A stretch of 64,000 nt of DNA from a bacterium (GCA_043771335.1 JAYVHM010000007.1:3625-67624); one strand, 5' to 3'. Shown: positions 18,621-29,386, counted from the stretch's first letter. Numbers and translations: made by a program. Notes: a model not told the origin generated them from the sequence alone.

Positions 18621-20420
18621 ATGAATAAAGATAAAAAAATAGTATTAGCCATTCATTATGAGCATGATGCAACTGTGGTTTTACTTAGAGATGGAGAAAT
18701 ATTAGAGTCAATGGGAGAAGAGAGATTAAGTAGACAAAAAAAACATGCAGGATTCCCACATTTAGCTTTAGATTATATTAAAACTAAATACAACATCTTT
18801 ACTTTTGATAAAGTTATTATAGTAGGTAACCCTAATTTTTCTTTCGGCACCATAAGCTTAACAAAAGAAGATAATGAGAAGATGAGACAGAATAAATCAA
18901 TACCAAAAAGATATTTGAGGTCGCTCGGCTTTAGATTTCCTACACTCGGAAAAATCTTCTCTATTCGAGATTTTGTGCTAGTCAAGTTGAGAACTCTAAA
19001 TAAGAAAAGTAGTACTGATAGTTATTTAAGAAATATTTTTCCAGAAAGTGAGATAGAGTACATAGACCATCATTTGGCGCATGCATATGCTGCGATACCT
19101 TTTATGAGTAATCACGAAAAGAGAGTGGTTCTTACTTGTGATGGAGCTGGGGATGGATTGTGCGCTACTGTGAATATTTATGAAAATGGAAAAATGGAAA
19201 CGTTATCTAAGACAAGTTTTGATAATTCTCTGGGGTTACTTTACTGTGCAGTTGTGGATTTGTTAGGTATGAGTCGGAATGAGCATGAATTTAAAGTTAT
19301 GGGTTTGGCGCCGTATGCAAAAGTTTCTAGTGGTGAAAAAGTGTATGATAAGTTAAAAGAATTAGTTTTCTATGATGAAGAGAGCATGACCTTAAAATCA
19401 AGATTCCCATTGCAGAGGGCTACAGAGTATTTGATAGCTAATGAGTATTTTAATTACAGGTTCGATTCTCTGGCATACGGAATACAAAAGTTAACAGAAA
19501 ATATTTTAACAGAAATGTCAAGACATGTATTAAATAAGTTTCAAGTTAGTAACTTGGCAATAGGTGGCGGGGTGTTCATGAACGTAAAAGCAAATCAAAA
19601 AATATTAGCACTAGATGAAGTTAAAGACTTCACTGTGTCACCTAGTTCCGGTGATGAATCGCTCGCTATCGGTGCTGCTGTATATGGATATATTAAATAT
19701 TACGGTTATAAAGACATAAAACAAGTTAAAAATATTTACTGGGGTAGTGAATATACAGATATGCAAATAAAAAAAGCAATAGATGATTATAAGTATGAAG
19801 GAAAATACGAAGATGGAACTACGATATCAGCTAGCAGTATAAAAGTAGAATATTTTGACGAAATGAATAAAATTAAAATAGAGAAAAAAGTAGCTGAAAT
19901 ACTCGCAGGCAATAATGTGATAGGTAGATTTTCTGGTAGAGCAGAATGGGGAGCTAGGGCACTGGGCAATAGAAGTATACTTGCCAACCCCTCAAGTATG
20001 AATAATGTAAAACTTATAAATGAGATGATCAAAAATCGTGACTTTTGGATGCCATTTGCAACTTCAATTATGTATGAGGAGGGAGAAAAATATTTACATA
20101 ATGAAAAAATGAAGTTATCTCCATACATGGCAATAACTTTTGAGACAAAACCACTTGCTGAAAAAAATATTATTGCTGCACTGCATCCGTATGATTTAAC
20201 TTCTCGTCCTCAGACAGTGACAAAAGAAGCAAATGAAAAGTACTGGAATATTATAAATGAATTTAAAAATATAACAGACATTGGAGGTATATTAAATACG
20301 AGCTTTAATCTTCATGGAGAACCAAATGTAGAAAATCCATATGATGCTATACGAACTTTTGATTTATCGGGCATGAAGTATTTGGCTATTGGGAATTATT
20401 TACTTTCTAAAGAAAAATAG
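18621..20420 (+). CDS. NodU/CmcH-family carbamoyltransferase
   Basis: IDHHLAHAYAA motif, N- and C-terminal carbamoyltransferase domains, about 600 aa. Confidence 0.8.
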   Translation: MNKDKKIVLAIHYEHDATVVLLRDGEILESMGEERLSRQKKHAGFPHLALDYIKTKYNIFTFDKVIIVGNPNFSFGTISLTKEDNEKMRQNKSIPKRYLRSLGFRFPTLGKIFSIRDFVLVKLRTLNKKSSTDSYLRNIFPESEIEYIDHHLAHAYAAIPFMSNHEKRVVLTCDGAGDGLCATVNIYENGKMETLSKTSFDNSLGLLYCAVVDLLGMSRNEHEFKVMGLAPYAKVSSGEKVYDKLKELVFYDEESMTLKSRFPLQRATEYLIANEYFNYRFDSLAYGIQKLTENILTEMSRHVLNKFQVSNLAIGGGVFMNVKANQKILALDEVKDFTVSPSSGDESLAIGAAVYGYIKYYGYKDIKQVKNIYWGSEYTDMQIKKAIDDYKYEGKYEDGTTISASSIKVEYFDEMNKIKIEKKVAEILAGNNVIGRFSGRAEWGARALGNRSILANPSSMNNVKLINEMIKNRDFWMPFATSIMYEEGEKYLHNEKMKLSPYMAITFETKPLAEKNIIAALHPYDLTSRPQTVTKEANEKYWNIINEFKNITDIGGILNTSFNLHGEPNVENPYDAIRTFDLSGMKYLAIGNYLLSKEK

Positions 20421-20437
20421 AAAATTTTGTGTAAAAA

Positions 20438-21247
20438 TTATTTTTTTATACCTATAATGTTATCTACGCTAATTACATGCTTTGAAAGGTCTGATAATTC
20501 GCAAGTAAAGCCATTTTTTTCTAGAATACTTTTAATCTCCTCTCTGTCATATCCAAACATTTTCGTATTTGCTTGATAATATTCAGCATATACGACCTTT
20601 GTTTTTTTTAATGTCTCTGTAGCGTTTTCTAAAATAAATTTCTCATAGCCCTCTACATCTATTTTAAGCACATCTATTTTTTCCACATCAGCCAGTAAGT
20701 CATCCAGTCTCATCATGGGCACTAGTATATTTCTAGAATATTCCTGTACACTTTCTTTATTATTTTTTTGCACAGTGTTTATGTCATCTAGCTCAGTACT
20801 TGAAAAAGTAACCAATCCATTTTTCTCCCCTATGGCTATATTAAAACTAGTTATGTTTTTTAATTTATTTAATTTTATATTTTCTTGTAAATATGAAAAT
20901 GTTGTAGGGTGAGCCTCTATGGCATACACTTTTCCATGTTCACCAACATGCTTAGCGATTGGCAGGCATACTGTTCCTATGTTTGCACCTATGTCCACCA
21001 CAATATCTCCTGCTTTTGAAAATCTTTTTATTTCATTAACATCTCCCTCATGGATATTTGGCAATTCATATATAACACGACTAACATTTGATTTAAAGTA
21101 TTTATATTTTATACCTTTAATTTTTATAGTGACGTATTTATGTAGTTCTGTTTTCCAGAGTAATATATTTGAGTATCTTACATATCCTTGCTTTATCGCA
21201 CCAAAAAAACCATATTTTTTTATCTTATTTGCTATAAATTTTACCAT
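20438..21247 (-). CDS. FkbM-family SAM-dependent methyltransferase
   Basis: VVDIGANIGT, KIDVEGYE motifs. Confidence 0.75.
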   Translation of the reverse strand: MVKFIANKIKKYGFFGAIKQGYVRYSNILLWKTELHKYVTIKIKGIKYKYFKSNVSRVIYELPNIHEGDVNEIKRFSKAGDIVVDIGANIGTVCLPIAKHVGEHGKVYAIEAHPTTFSYLQENIKLNKLKNITSFNIAIGEKNGLVTFSSTELDDINTVQKNNKESVQEYSRNILVPMMRLDDLLADVEKIDVLKIDVEGYEKFILENATETLKKTKVVYAEYYQANTKMFGYDREEIKSILEKNGFTCELSDLSKHVISVDNIIGIKK

Positions 21248-21293
21248 ACTTAAAATTATAGCATAGACACAGTATTTTTGATATAATATAAAT

Positions 21294-22121
21294 ATGCATA
21301 AGAAATCTTTAATTTTTATTAGTAAAATTTTAAAATTCTTTAAAAATTATTTTTTAAAAGATCCTGTTTTTGTAGTAAAATATATTTTTGCTTATTTACA
21401 AAAAGATTATAAGCCTAGTGCAAAGTTCTACACTGATGAAGAATTCATCTCAGGACTTAAAACTGGAAAGTCTTTTATAAGAATAGGTGACGGAGAGATA
21501 GGTCTCATACATCACAGGGATGTATCCTATCAAAAAGCAGAGAAGTTATTAATATGTAAATTAGTAGAGATTATAGAAAATTATAATCAAGGCTCTAATT
21601 ATATTTTAAGTATACCTATTTTTGTAAATATGACCAATGTTGAACTAAGTGAGACAAAAGGAAAATTATCTTGCTGGTTACCACTTAAAATAGAATTCTT
21701 TAGGAGATTTAACAGTAAAGTTAAATATTTTGATGCGCATACATTTTATAAGAAAAATTTTTTTGAAAAGAACATATATGATTATTTGAAAGATAAAAGT
21801 TTAATTATAAATACAGCAGAAAAAAATATTATCTCTCAGAAAGATAACATAGAAAATAAATTTAAGGTAATAGAATGGATAGAAGCAAAATCTCCAAATC
21901 CCTTTGATTTATATATTGAGACTACGGAAAAAATAGAAAACATTTTAAAAAAAGAAATAGATTCTGGTAAAAATCTAGAGGATATAGTTTTAATACTTGG
22001 TTCAGGTCCAATGAGTAAGGTACTTGCTTATGATTTTTCTAAAAAAGATGTTCAATGTATTGATATAGGTAAGGGTTTTGAGCAGCTGTATAATGATAAA
22101 AATTATGAAGACGAGATATAA
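21294..22121 (+). CDS. Hypothetical protein, possible GT-D (DUF1792-like) glycosyltransferase
   Basis: RIGDGE (DxE) motif reminiscent of DUF1792; location inside glycan locus. Confidence 0.3.
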   Translation: MHKKSLIFISKILKFFKNYFLKDPVFVVKYIFAYLQKDYKPSAKFYTDEEFISGLKTGKSFIRIGDGEIGLIHHRDVSYQKAEKLLICKLVEIIENYNQGSNYILSIPIFVNMTNVELSETKGKLSCWLPLKIEFFRRFNSKVKYFDAHTFYKKNFFEKNIYDYLKDKSLIINTAEKNIISQKDNIENKFKVIEWIEAKSPNPFDLYIETTEKIENILKKEIDSGKNLEDIVLILGSGPMSKVLAYDFSKKDVQCIDIGKGFEQLYNDKNYEDEI

Positions 22122-22161
22122 TATTCTAAGACACTTTGTGATATAATGTAAGTACAAAAAT

Positions 22162-22914
22162 ATGTGGACAAAAACATCACAACAAGCAAATAGTCTCACT
22201 AAAGATGAAAATAATTATAACTTTAATGGTGTAAATATTTACTGTACGCGTGGTGTGCATGAAAAAACTTTTGAAATGTTTTTAGATAGCATTCCAAGTA
22301 AAGATGGAAATTATCTTGTGTTGGGTAGTGGTGAGGGAGCATTTGATGAAAGGTTAATACAAAATAGTTATAAAAATGTAACGAGCGTAGAATTTTGTGA
22401 AGGTGTATACAAATCCTCTGGAAATATTTTGATTCGTGACCTAAATCAAGATTTTTCTGATATCAGAGGCTTGAACGGAAAAAAGTTTGATGCCATATTT
22501 GCAATAGAGGTGATAGAACATTTAGAAAATCATCATCACTTTATCCGTAATATAAATAATTTATTAGATAAAGAAAATAAAAATTCTAGTATTTTTGTCA
22601 CCAGTCCAAATGCAGAAAGTACGGTGTCACGTATAAAATATTTCCTTCGAGGAACTCTTAATTACTTCTCTGTAGGGGAAATGATAGGAACAGGACATAT
22701 TAATCCTGTATTTATGCATATATTTAAATACTCGCTACTTAATAATTCTAATTTGGAAGTTAGAAGAATAGAGACTAATACAAGTGTGTGGAAAATGAGT
22801 CAATATCCAACATACAAGCAAAAAATATTAACCATATTATTATTTCCATTAAGTATGATTATGAAGAATAAAGATGGCAAACAGATAAATATTATAGAGA
22901 TAAAAATTAAATAG
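22162..22914 (+). CDS. Class I SAM-dependent methyltransferase
   Basis: Motif I LVLGSGEG, FDAIFAIEVIEHL. Confidence 0.65.
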   Translation: MWTKTSQQANSLTKDENNYNFNGVNIYCTRGVHEKTFEMFLDSIPSKDGNYLVLGSGEGAFDERLIQNSYKNVTSVEFCEGVYKSSGNILIRDLNQDFSDIRGLNGKKFDAIFAIEVIEHLENHHHFIRNINNLLDKENKNSSIFVTSPNAESTVSRIKYFLRGTLNYFSVGEMIGTGHINPVFMHIFKYSLLNNSNLEVRRIETNTSVWKMSQYPTYKQKILTILLFPLSMIMKNKDGKQINIIEIKIK

Positions 22915-22926
22915 TATATATTATTT

Positions 22927-23844
22927 ATGCAAAAAATAAAAACACAATTAAGAAATATTGCCAGAGAAAATCTGCCAAGTCCGGCCTATGCTTTTCTGTA
23001 CAAAAGCTTTAAAAATATTTCTAATCTAAAAGATGTGTATGGTGGTGGGCTAGAGATGGATAGAAACAGATTGGAAAAAGATATTAGTTTTACTAGTGCA
23101 GGCTTTTATGATTTTGTATTAGACGATACCAGATTTAAGATTTTTCTAGACCCGAAAAATGGTGGAGTAGATTATGAAATATATGCTAATAAAAATTTTG
23201 AACCAGGTATATTAAATATTTTTAAAAAAGAATTAAAAAGTACTGATATATTTTTAGATGTTGGCGCTAACATTGGCCAGCATTCACTTTATGCATCACG
23301 TTTTTGTGAAAGAGTTATTTCTTTTGAGCCCATAAAAAGATTATATGATCAGTTTAATAAATCAGTAGTAGAAAATAACATTTTAAACATACAGGCTTTT
23401 AATTATGCGCTAGGAAATAAAAAAGAAGAACTTCCAATATATTCCAGTGATGTAAATATGGGAGCCTCATCAATCATGGTTAGCGAAAATAGAAAAGTAG
23501 AGCAAGTTATAAAAGTGTTAAGGTTAGACGATGAGTATGAGAAAATGAATATAAGTAAAATAGATTTTGTAAAAATAGATGTAGAGGGCTATGAGCTTAA
23601 TGTTCTCCTTGGCATGAGAGATATAATACAAGAACATAAGCCAAAAATATTAGTAGAATATACTCCATTTTTCTATAATAAAATAGATAAGAGTATTGGT
23701 AAAAATCTCTATGATTTTCTCGTGGATAATAAATATGAGATATGGGACGTAGGTAATCTTGGAGAAAAGTATGTAAAGGTGGAAAGTTTTGATGATATAA
23801 AAGACATGGATCAGACTAATTTATTTTGTAAAATTATAAATTAA
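22927..23844 (+). CDS. FkbM-family methyltransferase
   Basis: FLDVGANIGQ, KIDVEGYE. Confidence 0.75.
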   Translation: MQKIKTQLRNIARENLPSPAYAFLYKSFKNISNLKDVYGGGLEMDRNRLEKDISFTSAGFYDFVLDDTRFKIFLDPKNGGVDYEIYANKNFEPGILNIFKKELKSTDIFLDVGANIGQHSLYASRFCERVISFEPIKRLYDQFNKSVVENNILNIQAFNYALGNKKEELPIYSSDVNMGASSIMVSENRKVEQVIKVLRLDDEYEKMNISKIDFVKIDVEGYELNVLLGMRDIIQEHKPKILVEYTPFFYNKIDKSIGKNLYDFLVDNKYEIWDVGNLGEKYVKVESFDDIKDMDQTNLFCKIIN

Positions 23845-23848
23845 AACT

Positions 23849-24565
23849 ATGATATCAAAAAGAATACATTTTATCTGGCTTAGTAAAAAGAATAAACCAA
23901 AGTCTTTTGAATTAGCGTATTCAGGAGTAAAGAAATATGCAAATGACTATGAAGTAAAAATCTGGGATGAAGAAAATATAAAAGAAGAAAGTTTTTATAA
24001 AAACTTACCAAAATATTATTTTGTTTTGATGAGTAAGAAAAGATTTGCATTTGCGTCTGACATACTCCGCTTTTTCATCTTAGAAAAGTATGGGGGTATA
24101 TACTTTGATATAGATCAAGTGTTAATAAAAAACATTGATGACCTGTTAGATAACAAAATGTTCATATCCAAGTACCATGAAGTGGATAATTACTATGGTT
24201 TTGGACTGCTTGGAGTGACTCAGGATCATAACTTTATAAAAAGTATTACAGATTTTTATAAAAATTATAATAAAAAAGAATTCATAATAGTAAATAAAAT
24301 AGGCTCAGAAATTATTAATAATATTCTAGAAAAAAATAAAGAAGATAAAAGTATAAATATCCTATCTCAAGATTATTTTTATCCACTCACTGAGAGTCAT
24401 TATACAGAAAATACCAGAAGCTATCACATTGCTAATACTTCATGGATACCACTTTACAAAAAAATACTTTTTAAAATTCCTTTTTATTTACAAATAAAAA
24501 GTATTATAAAAAATCTTTTACCAAAAAATATAAAGAGTAAAATATTTAAGACAGACTACTTATAA
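23849..24565 (+). CDS. GT32-like glycosyltransferase (DXD sugar-binding region family)
   Basis: IHFIW.., FAFASDILRFFILEKYGGIYFDID. Confidence 0.6.
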   Translation: MISKRIHFIWLSKKNKPKSFELAYSGVKKYANDYEVKIWDEENIKEESFYKNLPKYYFVLMSKKRFAFASDILRFFILEKYGGIYFDIDQVLIKNIDDLLDNKMFISKYHEVDNYYGFGLLGVTQDHNFIKSITDFYKNYNKKEFIIVNKIGSEIINNILEKNKEDKSINILSQDYFYPLTESHYTENTRSYHIANTSWIPLYKKILFKIPFYLQIKSIIKNLLPKNIKSKIFKTDYL

Positions 24566-24575
24566 AAGTTATTAT

Positions 24576-25379
24576 TTATTTTTTATAAGCAGAATCATTG
24601 TGTATACCAGAGATAAAAGCACTTCTTTTTTGGAAAACTGAAATAGGTGAGTACCCATAAAATTTTAGATTAGTCTTATTTTTTGCAATATTTGGTAATT
24701 TATCAGCTGGGTAAACTAATTTTTTGTTTACGTCTAATAATTTTCTAGCACCTTCTTTTGAGATTAAGTATGCTCCTGCAAAATATAGCGGTCTTAAAAA
24801 CTTTACCGGACCCCCTATTTTAAATGTTTTATACATGTAATTCCTAGCTCCCTCTAGGAGAGACAGTGGTATTATATAAAAAGATTTTAATATAGAATAA
24901 GAAATAAAATTAAAAGACTTAACTATAGAAAAATTATTTTTTCTATAGTTAAGAATTATTGTACTTACCCAGTGTTTTATAAAGTAGACTCCAGGTTCTG
25001 GGTAGTCAAATAATAAATAATCCCATTTCTTATTTTTCTTATTTTTTTCTATTTCTTTTTCTATTACTTCTTTGAAGTTTTCTGGCATTTGCACATCATC
25101 CTCAAGTATCAGTCCATAGTTTTCTTTGCCATTTAGTATCTTTTCTATGCATATTTTATGTGATAAGGCACAGCCTTGTTCTCCTTTGTTCATGGACCTA
25201 CCGTTAACCTTTTTTGATAACTCGTCATCATAGATACCAGTAAAATCATGTTCTACACCATATATTCCATAAAATGTCTCAAAGCTAATTTTTAAATTAT
25301 CTAATTGCCCAGTCATGAATTCTAGCCTGTCTGTATTAATTTTAACGTTTATAACGTAGGTATTAAAGTTTTTATTCAT
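24576..25379 (-). CDS. Glycosyltransferase family 25 (LPS/oligosaccharide biosynthesis)
   Basis: YVINVKINTDRLEFM..QL, GEQGCALSH, LILEDDV. Confidence 0.65.
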   Translation of the reverse strand: MNKNFNTYVINVKINTDRLEFMTGQLDNLKISFETFYGIYGVEHDFTGIYDDELSKKVNGRSMNKGEQGCALSHKICIEKILNGKENYGLILEDDVQMPENFKEVIEKEIEKNKKNKKWDYLLFDYPEPGVYFIKHWVSTIILNYRKNNFSIVKSFNFISYSILKSFYIIPLSLLEGARNYMYKTFKIGGPVKFLRPLYFAGAYLISKEGARKLLDVNKKLVYPADKLPNIAKNKTNLKFYGYSPISVFQKRSAFISGIHNDSAYKK

Positions 25380-25566
25380 GGTTTAATTTTAACACACACG
25401 ATACTTTTTTAAAAGCATAGTATTACAAGTGCTGTCACTTTATAAAAATATATTTTAACATTTTTATGTGATAGATTTTACTTTGTATTTTCAAAGATGA
25501 GCTAAGTGTGAAGTTGTGAATTTAAATAATACCCATCCTTCTGAGAGTAATTTTTCTTTTGCACAT

Positions 25567-26670
25567 TTAGTTTGTAATATGATTTTTAATTTTTCTCCTT
25601 AAAACTTTCTCATACTTTGCAACTATCGCTGAGATAATTATAATGCTAAGAGCGACAGATATGGAGACAAAAGAAATTCTCCCATAAGCTAATGCCTCAT
25701 TACCACTTGCAAAAAAGTTAATAAGTAATGAGCCGACCTTTTGATGTAATAAGTAGAGTGGGTAAGTGATGACACCAAGAAGCATAAATATATTCAAAGA
25801 TTTTCTATGTGTTATGTGTTTTGAAAATATAACAGCCAAAATAGAAAGAGGAAATATTAGTAATATTATTATAGTGCCATAAAAATCAAAGCTCCCAAAG
25901 CTGTTACTCGGTGTCGGATGTTCATGTAATTTTAAATTGATATAATGTGGCATTACAAATGCTGACATTAGTAGTATGTAAGATTTTATTTTTGCTAAAC
26001 TATCTTCTTCCTTGTCTACTTGTGGCCCTTGTTCCGTTTTTTCTTTTTTATTATTATAATTCTGATAAAGAAAACCTAATACACCACCAAAAACAAAGTA
26101 AGGTGAGTATCTGACTAGTATTAATTTTGAGATGAATAATTCTTGCATATTAAAAGTAAATATAAGAAATGTTGCAGTCAGCCAGAGAAAATAAAAATTA
26201 AGAAGATTTTTCTTTTTGAAGAAAAATACAAAGAGTCCAATGTATATATAAAAAAGTATCTCTATTGTCAGTGTCCAGTATGATCCATCTATCATGTTTA
26301 CTGTTTTTCCATTGTTAACTATCAGTAAATTAAATAAATATTTTGGAAAAGATAAGGCATCTGATGTGTTATTGTACTTATCAAAAATCAAAGTCATTAA
26401 ATATGTAAAAGTGGCTATAATCCAAAAAAGGGGATACAGACGCAGGAATCTACCTAGAAAGTAATCCTTAATATTAGTTTGAAGCGAGAAGAAAATTACA
26501 AATCCAGAAATAATGAAAAATAACTCAACCCCAAGATATCCATATTTGAGCCAAATAGACCATATATTTTCAGGTTTTAAATAAGTAGAAAAATAATGAA
26601 AACCAACAACAGATAATGCGGCAAAAAAGCGAAGAAAGTCTATGAGAGGGAAATAAGTTTTGTTTTGCAT
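25567..26670 (-). CDS. Acyltransferase family 3 membrane O-acyltransferase
   Basis: DFLRFFAALSVVGFHYF N-terminal motif, about 10 TM helices. Confidence 0.75.
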   Translation of the reverse strand: MQNKTYFPLIDFLRFFAALSVVGFHYFSTYLKPENIWSIWLKYGYLGVELFFIISGFVIFFSLQTNIKDYFLGRFLRLYPLFWIIATFTYLMTLIFDKYNNTSDALSFPKYLFNLLIVNNGKTVNMIDGSYWTLTIEILFYIYIGLFVFFFKKKNLLNFYFLWLTATFLIFTFNMQELFISKLILVRYSPYFVFGGVLGFLYQNYNNKKEKTEQGPQVDKEEDSLAKIKSYILLMSAFVMPHYINLKLHEHPTPSNSFGSFDFYGTIIILLIFPLSILAVIFSKHITHRKSLNIFMLLGVITYPLYLLHQKVGSLLINFFASGNEALAYGRISFVSISVALSIIIISAIVAKYEKVLRRKIKNHITN

Positions 26671-26686
26671 AATTGATTTAGGATAA

Positions 26687-27514
26687 TTATTTACTGGGTG
26701 CTTTTTTAAAAGCCTTTGACATAGAATACAGGGTTCTTATTTTTAAATAAAAAATAATTTTTAAAATAGAAAATATACTTAACTTTTGTATATTTTTAAA
26801 GCTTAGTATTTCTTTCCAGATTAGCCAAGTGTTTTCCGTATATTTATTTTTGATTAGGGCAGTCACTCCAGTCTTCAAATACCCCAGACTACTAGTTGTA
26901 TTTATGTCAAAATAAGAAAAGTTATTTTGTAATTGAATAAAATAATACCATTCCTCCCCATTTTTAATATTTTTAGAAAAGACTGCTTTTTTTGCCAGGC
27001 TTGTTTTGATTGTGTGCGTAGCATCACCTGAAAACTTTTTTAATATTAAGTAATCCCAAAAGTAATTAATGGTATTTTTATTTGTATTATTTTTTGTTAA
27101 GCTTTTACCTTGAACGCTTCTGTTCGTTACTAGCCACTGTATCACTTTTGTTTCTTTTTTTATCTTATCTTCCCCTGCTAGTATTTTATTTATTTCCTCC
27201 AAAGCATTAGGGTATAGCCAGTCATCATGATCAAGGAAAATAATGTATTCAGAATCAGATGAAACTTTTGTAAAAGCAAATTCTTTGGATGCATTATTAC
27301 CAATATTTTTTTTGTTTACAAAATATTTTACTTTTAACTTCTCTGGCTCACTTAATGTATTTTGATAATTATCAAAACTTGAATAATCATAATCTGGAGA
27401 GTCATTTATTATTATATGCTCAAAGTTATCATAACTTTGAGCAAGGACGCTTTTCATACACTTTTTTAATAGAGCAGGTTCATTATATCCAGAAGTTATA
27501 ATTGAGTATTTCAT
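26687..27514 (-). CDS. Glycosyltransferase family 2
   Basis: SIITSGYNE..INDSPD, FLDHDD (DXD). Confidence 0.7.
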   Translation of the reverse strand: MKYSIITSGYNEPALLKKCMKSVLAQSYDNFEHIIINDSPDYDYSSFDNYQNTLSEPEKLKVKYFVNKKNIGNNASKEFAFTKVSSDSEYIIFLDHDDWLYPNALEEINKILAGEDKIKKETKVIQWLVTNRSVQGKSLTKNNTNKNTINYFWDYLILKKFSGDATHTIKTSLAKKAVFSKNIKNGEEWYYFIQLQNNFSYFDINTTSSLGYLKTGVTALIKNKYTENTWLIWKEILSFKNIQKLSIFSILKIIFYLKIRTLYSMSKAFKKAPSK

Positions 27515-27518
27515 ATTT

Positions 27519-28289
27519 TTATGCAGATTTTAAAAGTTTTTTTAATAAAGATTTTATTTTTAATATATCTAATATTTTTATTAATATTTTATGCATACCA
27601 ATTTTTTTTACAAGCTTTACCAGTGGATGTCCCCAAGAATAATTCCACATATGCACGGCATAGCTTTCTGCTGGAGCAGTAGAGGTGTTTTTTATAAAAT
27701 CAAATTCAAAGTTTTTTATATTATGCGCATCAAATGGATAGAAGTAATTAGGTTCAAATATTTTAACATTATTTATATTCCCATTATTTTTATATTCTTC
27801 AAAAATATTAGTTAGAACCCTTGGTATAGTTATCATCTCTTCTGTATTGTTATCATAAAAATCTAAGCATTTTTTTATAAAGTCATTTTTAGGTGTGCAG
27901 GCTATCATGCCAGCGCTAATATGCACGTCATCTTCTTTTCCCAATATCAAATCAAAATCAGCATCTATAAAATCATTAAAACTTTTGAGTATAAACATAT
28001 CAGAGTCAAGATATATACCACCTTCTTCATGTAATATTTTTAATCTAGCATAATCAGAAACAAAAGCCCATTTTTTATTTTCGTACATTTTTTTTGTAAA
28101 GCTAGAATCATTTATGTCAAAATTTTCTTCAGACCAATTTTTTAATTCATAATCAGAAATATCATTTTGTAAAACTCTTTTTATGCTTTTTTCACAATTT
28201 AAAATGACTTCATTTTTCTGATTATTTCCAAACCAAATCGTGTGTATTATTTTTGGTATTCTATTTTCTTTACTTAGAATATTTTGCAT
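27519..28289 (-). CDS. GT32-like glycosyltransferase (DXD sugar-binding region family)
   Basis: IIHTIWFG, WAFVSDYARLKIL.EEGGIYLDSD. Confidence 0.6.
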   Translation of the reverse strand: MQNILSKENRIPKIIHTIWFGNNQKNEVILNCEKSIKRVLQNDISDYELKNWSEENFDINDSSFTKKMYENKKWAFVSDYARLKILHEEGGIYLDSDMFILKSFNDFIDADFDLILGKEDDVHISAGMIACTPKNDFIKKCLDFYDNNTEEMITIPRVLTNIFEEYKNNGNINNVKIFEPNYFYPFDAHNIKNFEFDFIKNTSTAPAESYAVHMWNYSWGHPLVKLVKKIGMHKILIKILDILKIKSLLKKLLKSA

Positions 28290-28293
28290 TTTT

Positions 28294-29364
28294 TTATTGA
28301 TTAGTGAGAGTTAAATACATATTCTTAGTCTCGCTTATCATGTTTTCTAATTTGAACTTTTCTGATATATTTTTATCTGTTTTTTTGTTGTGAGTATTTA
28401 ATATATTTATGAGCTCACTGTCATGTGTGTATAGAGTGGAACCTTTTATTCCTTCTAGAACTTCCGGAATACCACCAACATTACGAGCGACTACGGGTAG
28501 TCCTGCCATAGCAGCCTCTAGTAACACATAGCCCAGAGCCTCAGTGTCAGAGGGGAGTAAGAATATATCAAATTGCGGTAATATATTATGTGCTGATTTT
28601 ACATGGCCATGCAGAGTTACTTTATTTTCTACACCCTGAGTTTTGATTTCTTTTTCTATTTTTGATCTCAATTCTCCGTCACCTATGATGTGATAGTGTA
28701 TATTTTTCATAAACTTTAAAAGTCTTATAACGCTAATGTGATTTTTACTTGTATGTAATTCACCGATGGAGACAACGTGTTTTACACGGCTACCACTGGA
28801 GAGCTTTAGCAGGTCTTTGTATTCTGTTTCTGATACACCATTGTATATAACTTGGATTTTATTTAGTAAGTATTTTGAGAATTTAAAAGCAGAGCGGACA
28901 TTTTTTGAGACGGCTATTGTTTTATGTGACATGACAATAGTCACAGCACATAATATTTTAAAGATTGTTCTAGGTATAAAAGATCTGTTCTCATTGAAGG
29001 GCCAACCATGAGCCGTAAAAACAATCCTATTTATTTTAAGCATGCGAGAGACAATAGATCCAGTAAAAGCCATCTTAGAACTATTGAGATGTATGATGTC
29101 CGGGTTGATTTCTTTTATGATTTTGTATAATTCTAAAAAACCAAGCAAGTCAGAAAATATATTTATATTCCTTTTTATATTTTTAAGAGTATATACTTTT
29201 ATATTTTCTTCTCTTAATCTTTTAGTTAATTCCCCATCATTACCAATTAGTACAGACAGGTCAAATCTATTCCTTATCTCTGAGTTAGTTGCAATGTCAA
29301 AAACATATTTTTGTGCCCCACCCCAACGTGCTTTTGTTATGGCTATTAATAGTTTTTGCTTCAT
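28294..29364 (-). CDS. Glycosyltransferase family 4
   Basis: C-terminal EALGYVLLEAAMAGLPVVARNVGGIPEV motif. Confidence 0.75.
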   Translation of the reverse strand: MKQKLLIAITKARWGGAQKYVFDIATNSEIRNRFDLSVLIGNDGELTKRLREENIKVYTLKNIKRNINIFSDLLGFLELYKIIKEINPDIIHLNSSKMAFTGSIVSRMLKINRIVFTAHGWPFNENRSFIPRTIFKILCAVTIVMSHKTIAVSKNVRSAFKFSKYLLNKIQVIYNGVSETEYKDLLKLSSGSRVKHVVSIGELHTSKNHISVIRLLKFMKNIHYHIIGDGELRSKIEKEIKTQGVENKVTLHGHVKSAHNILPQFDIFLLPSDTEALGYVLLEAAMAGLPVVARNVGGIPEVLEGIKGSTLYTHDSELINILNTHNKKTDKNISEKFKLENMISETKNMYLTLTNQ

Positions 29365-29386
29365 ATTCTTCTTATGATTATAACAT

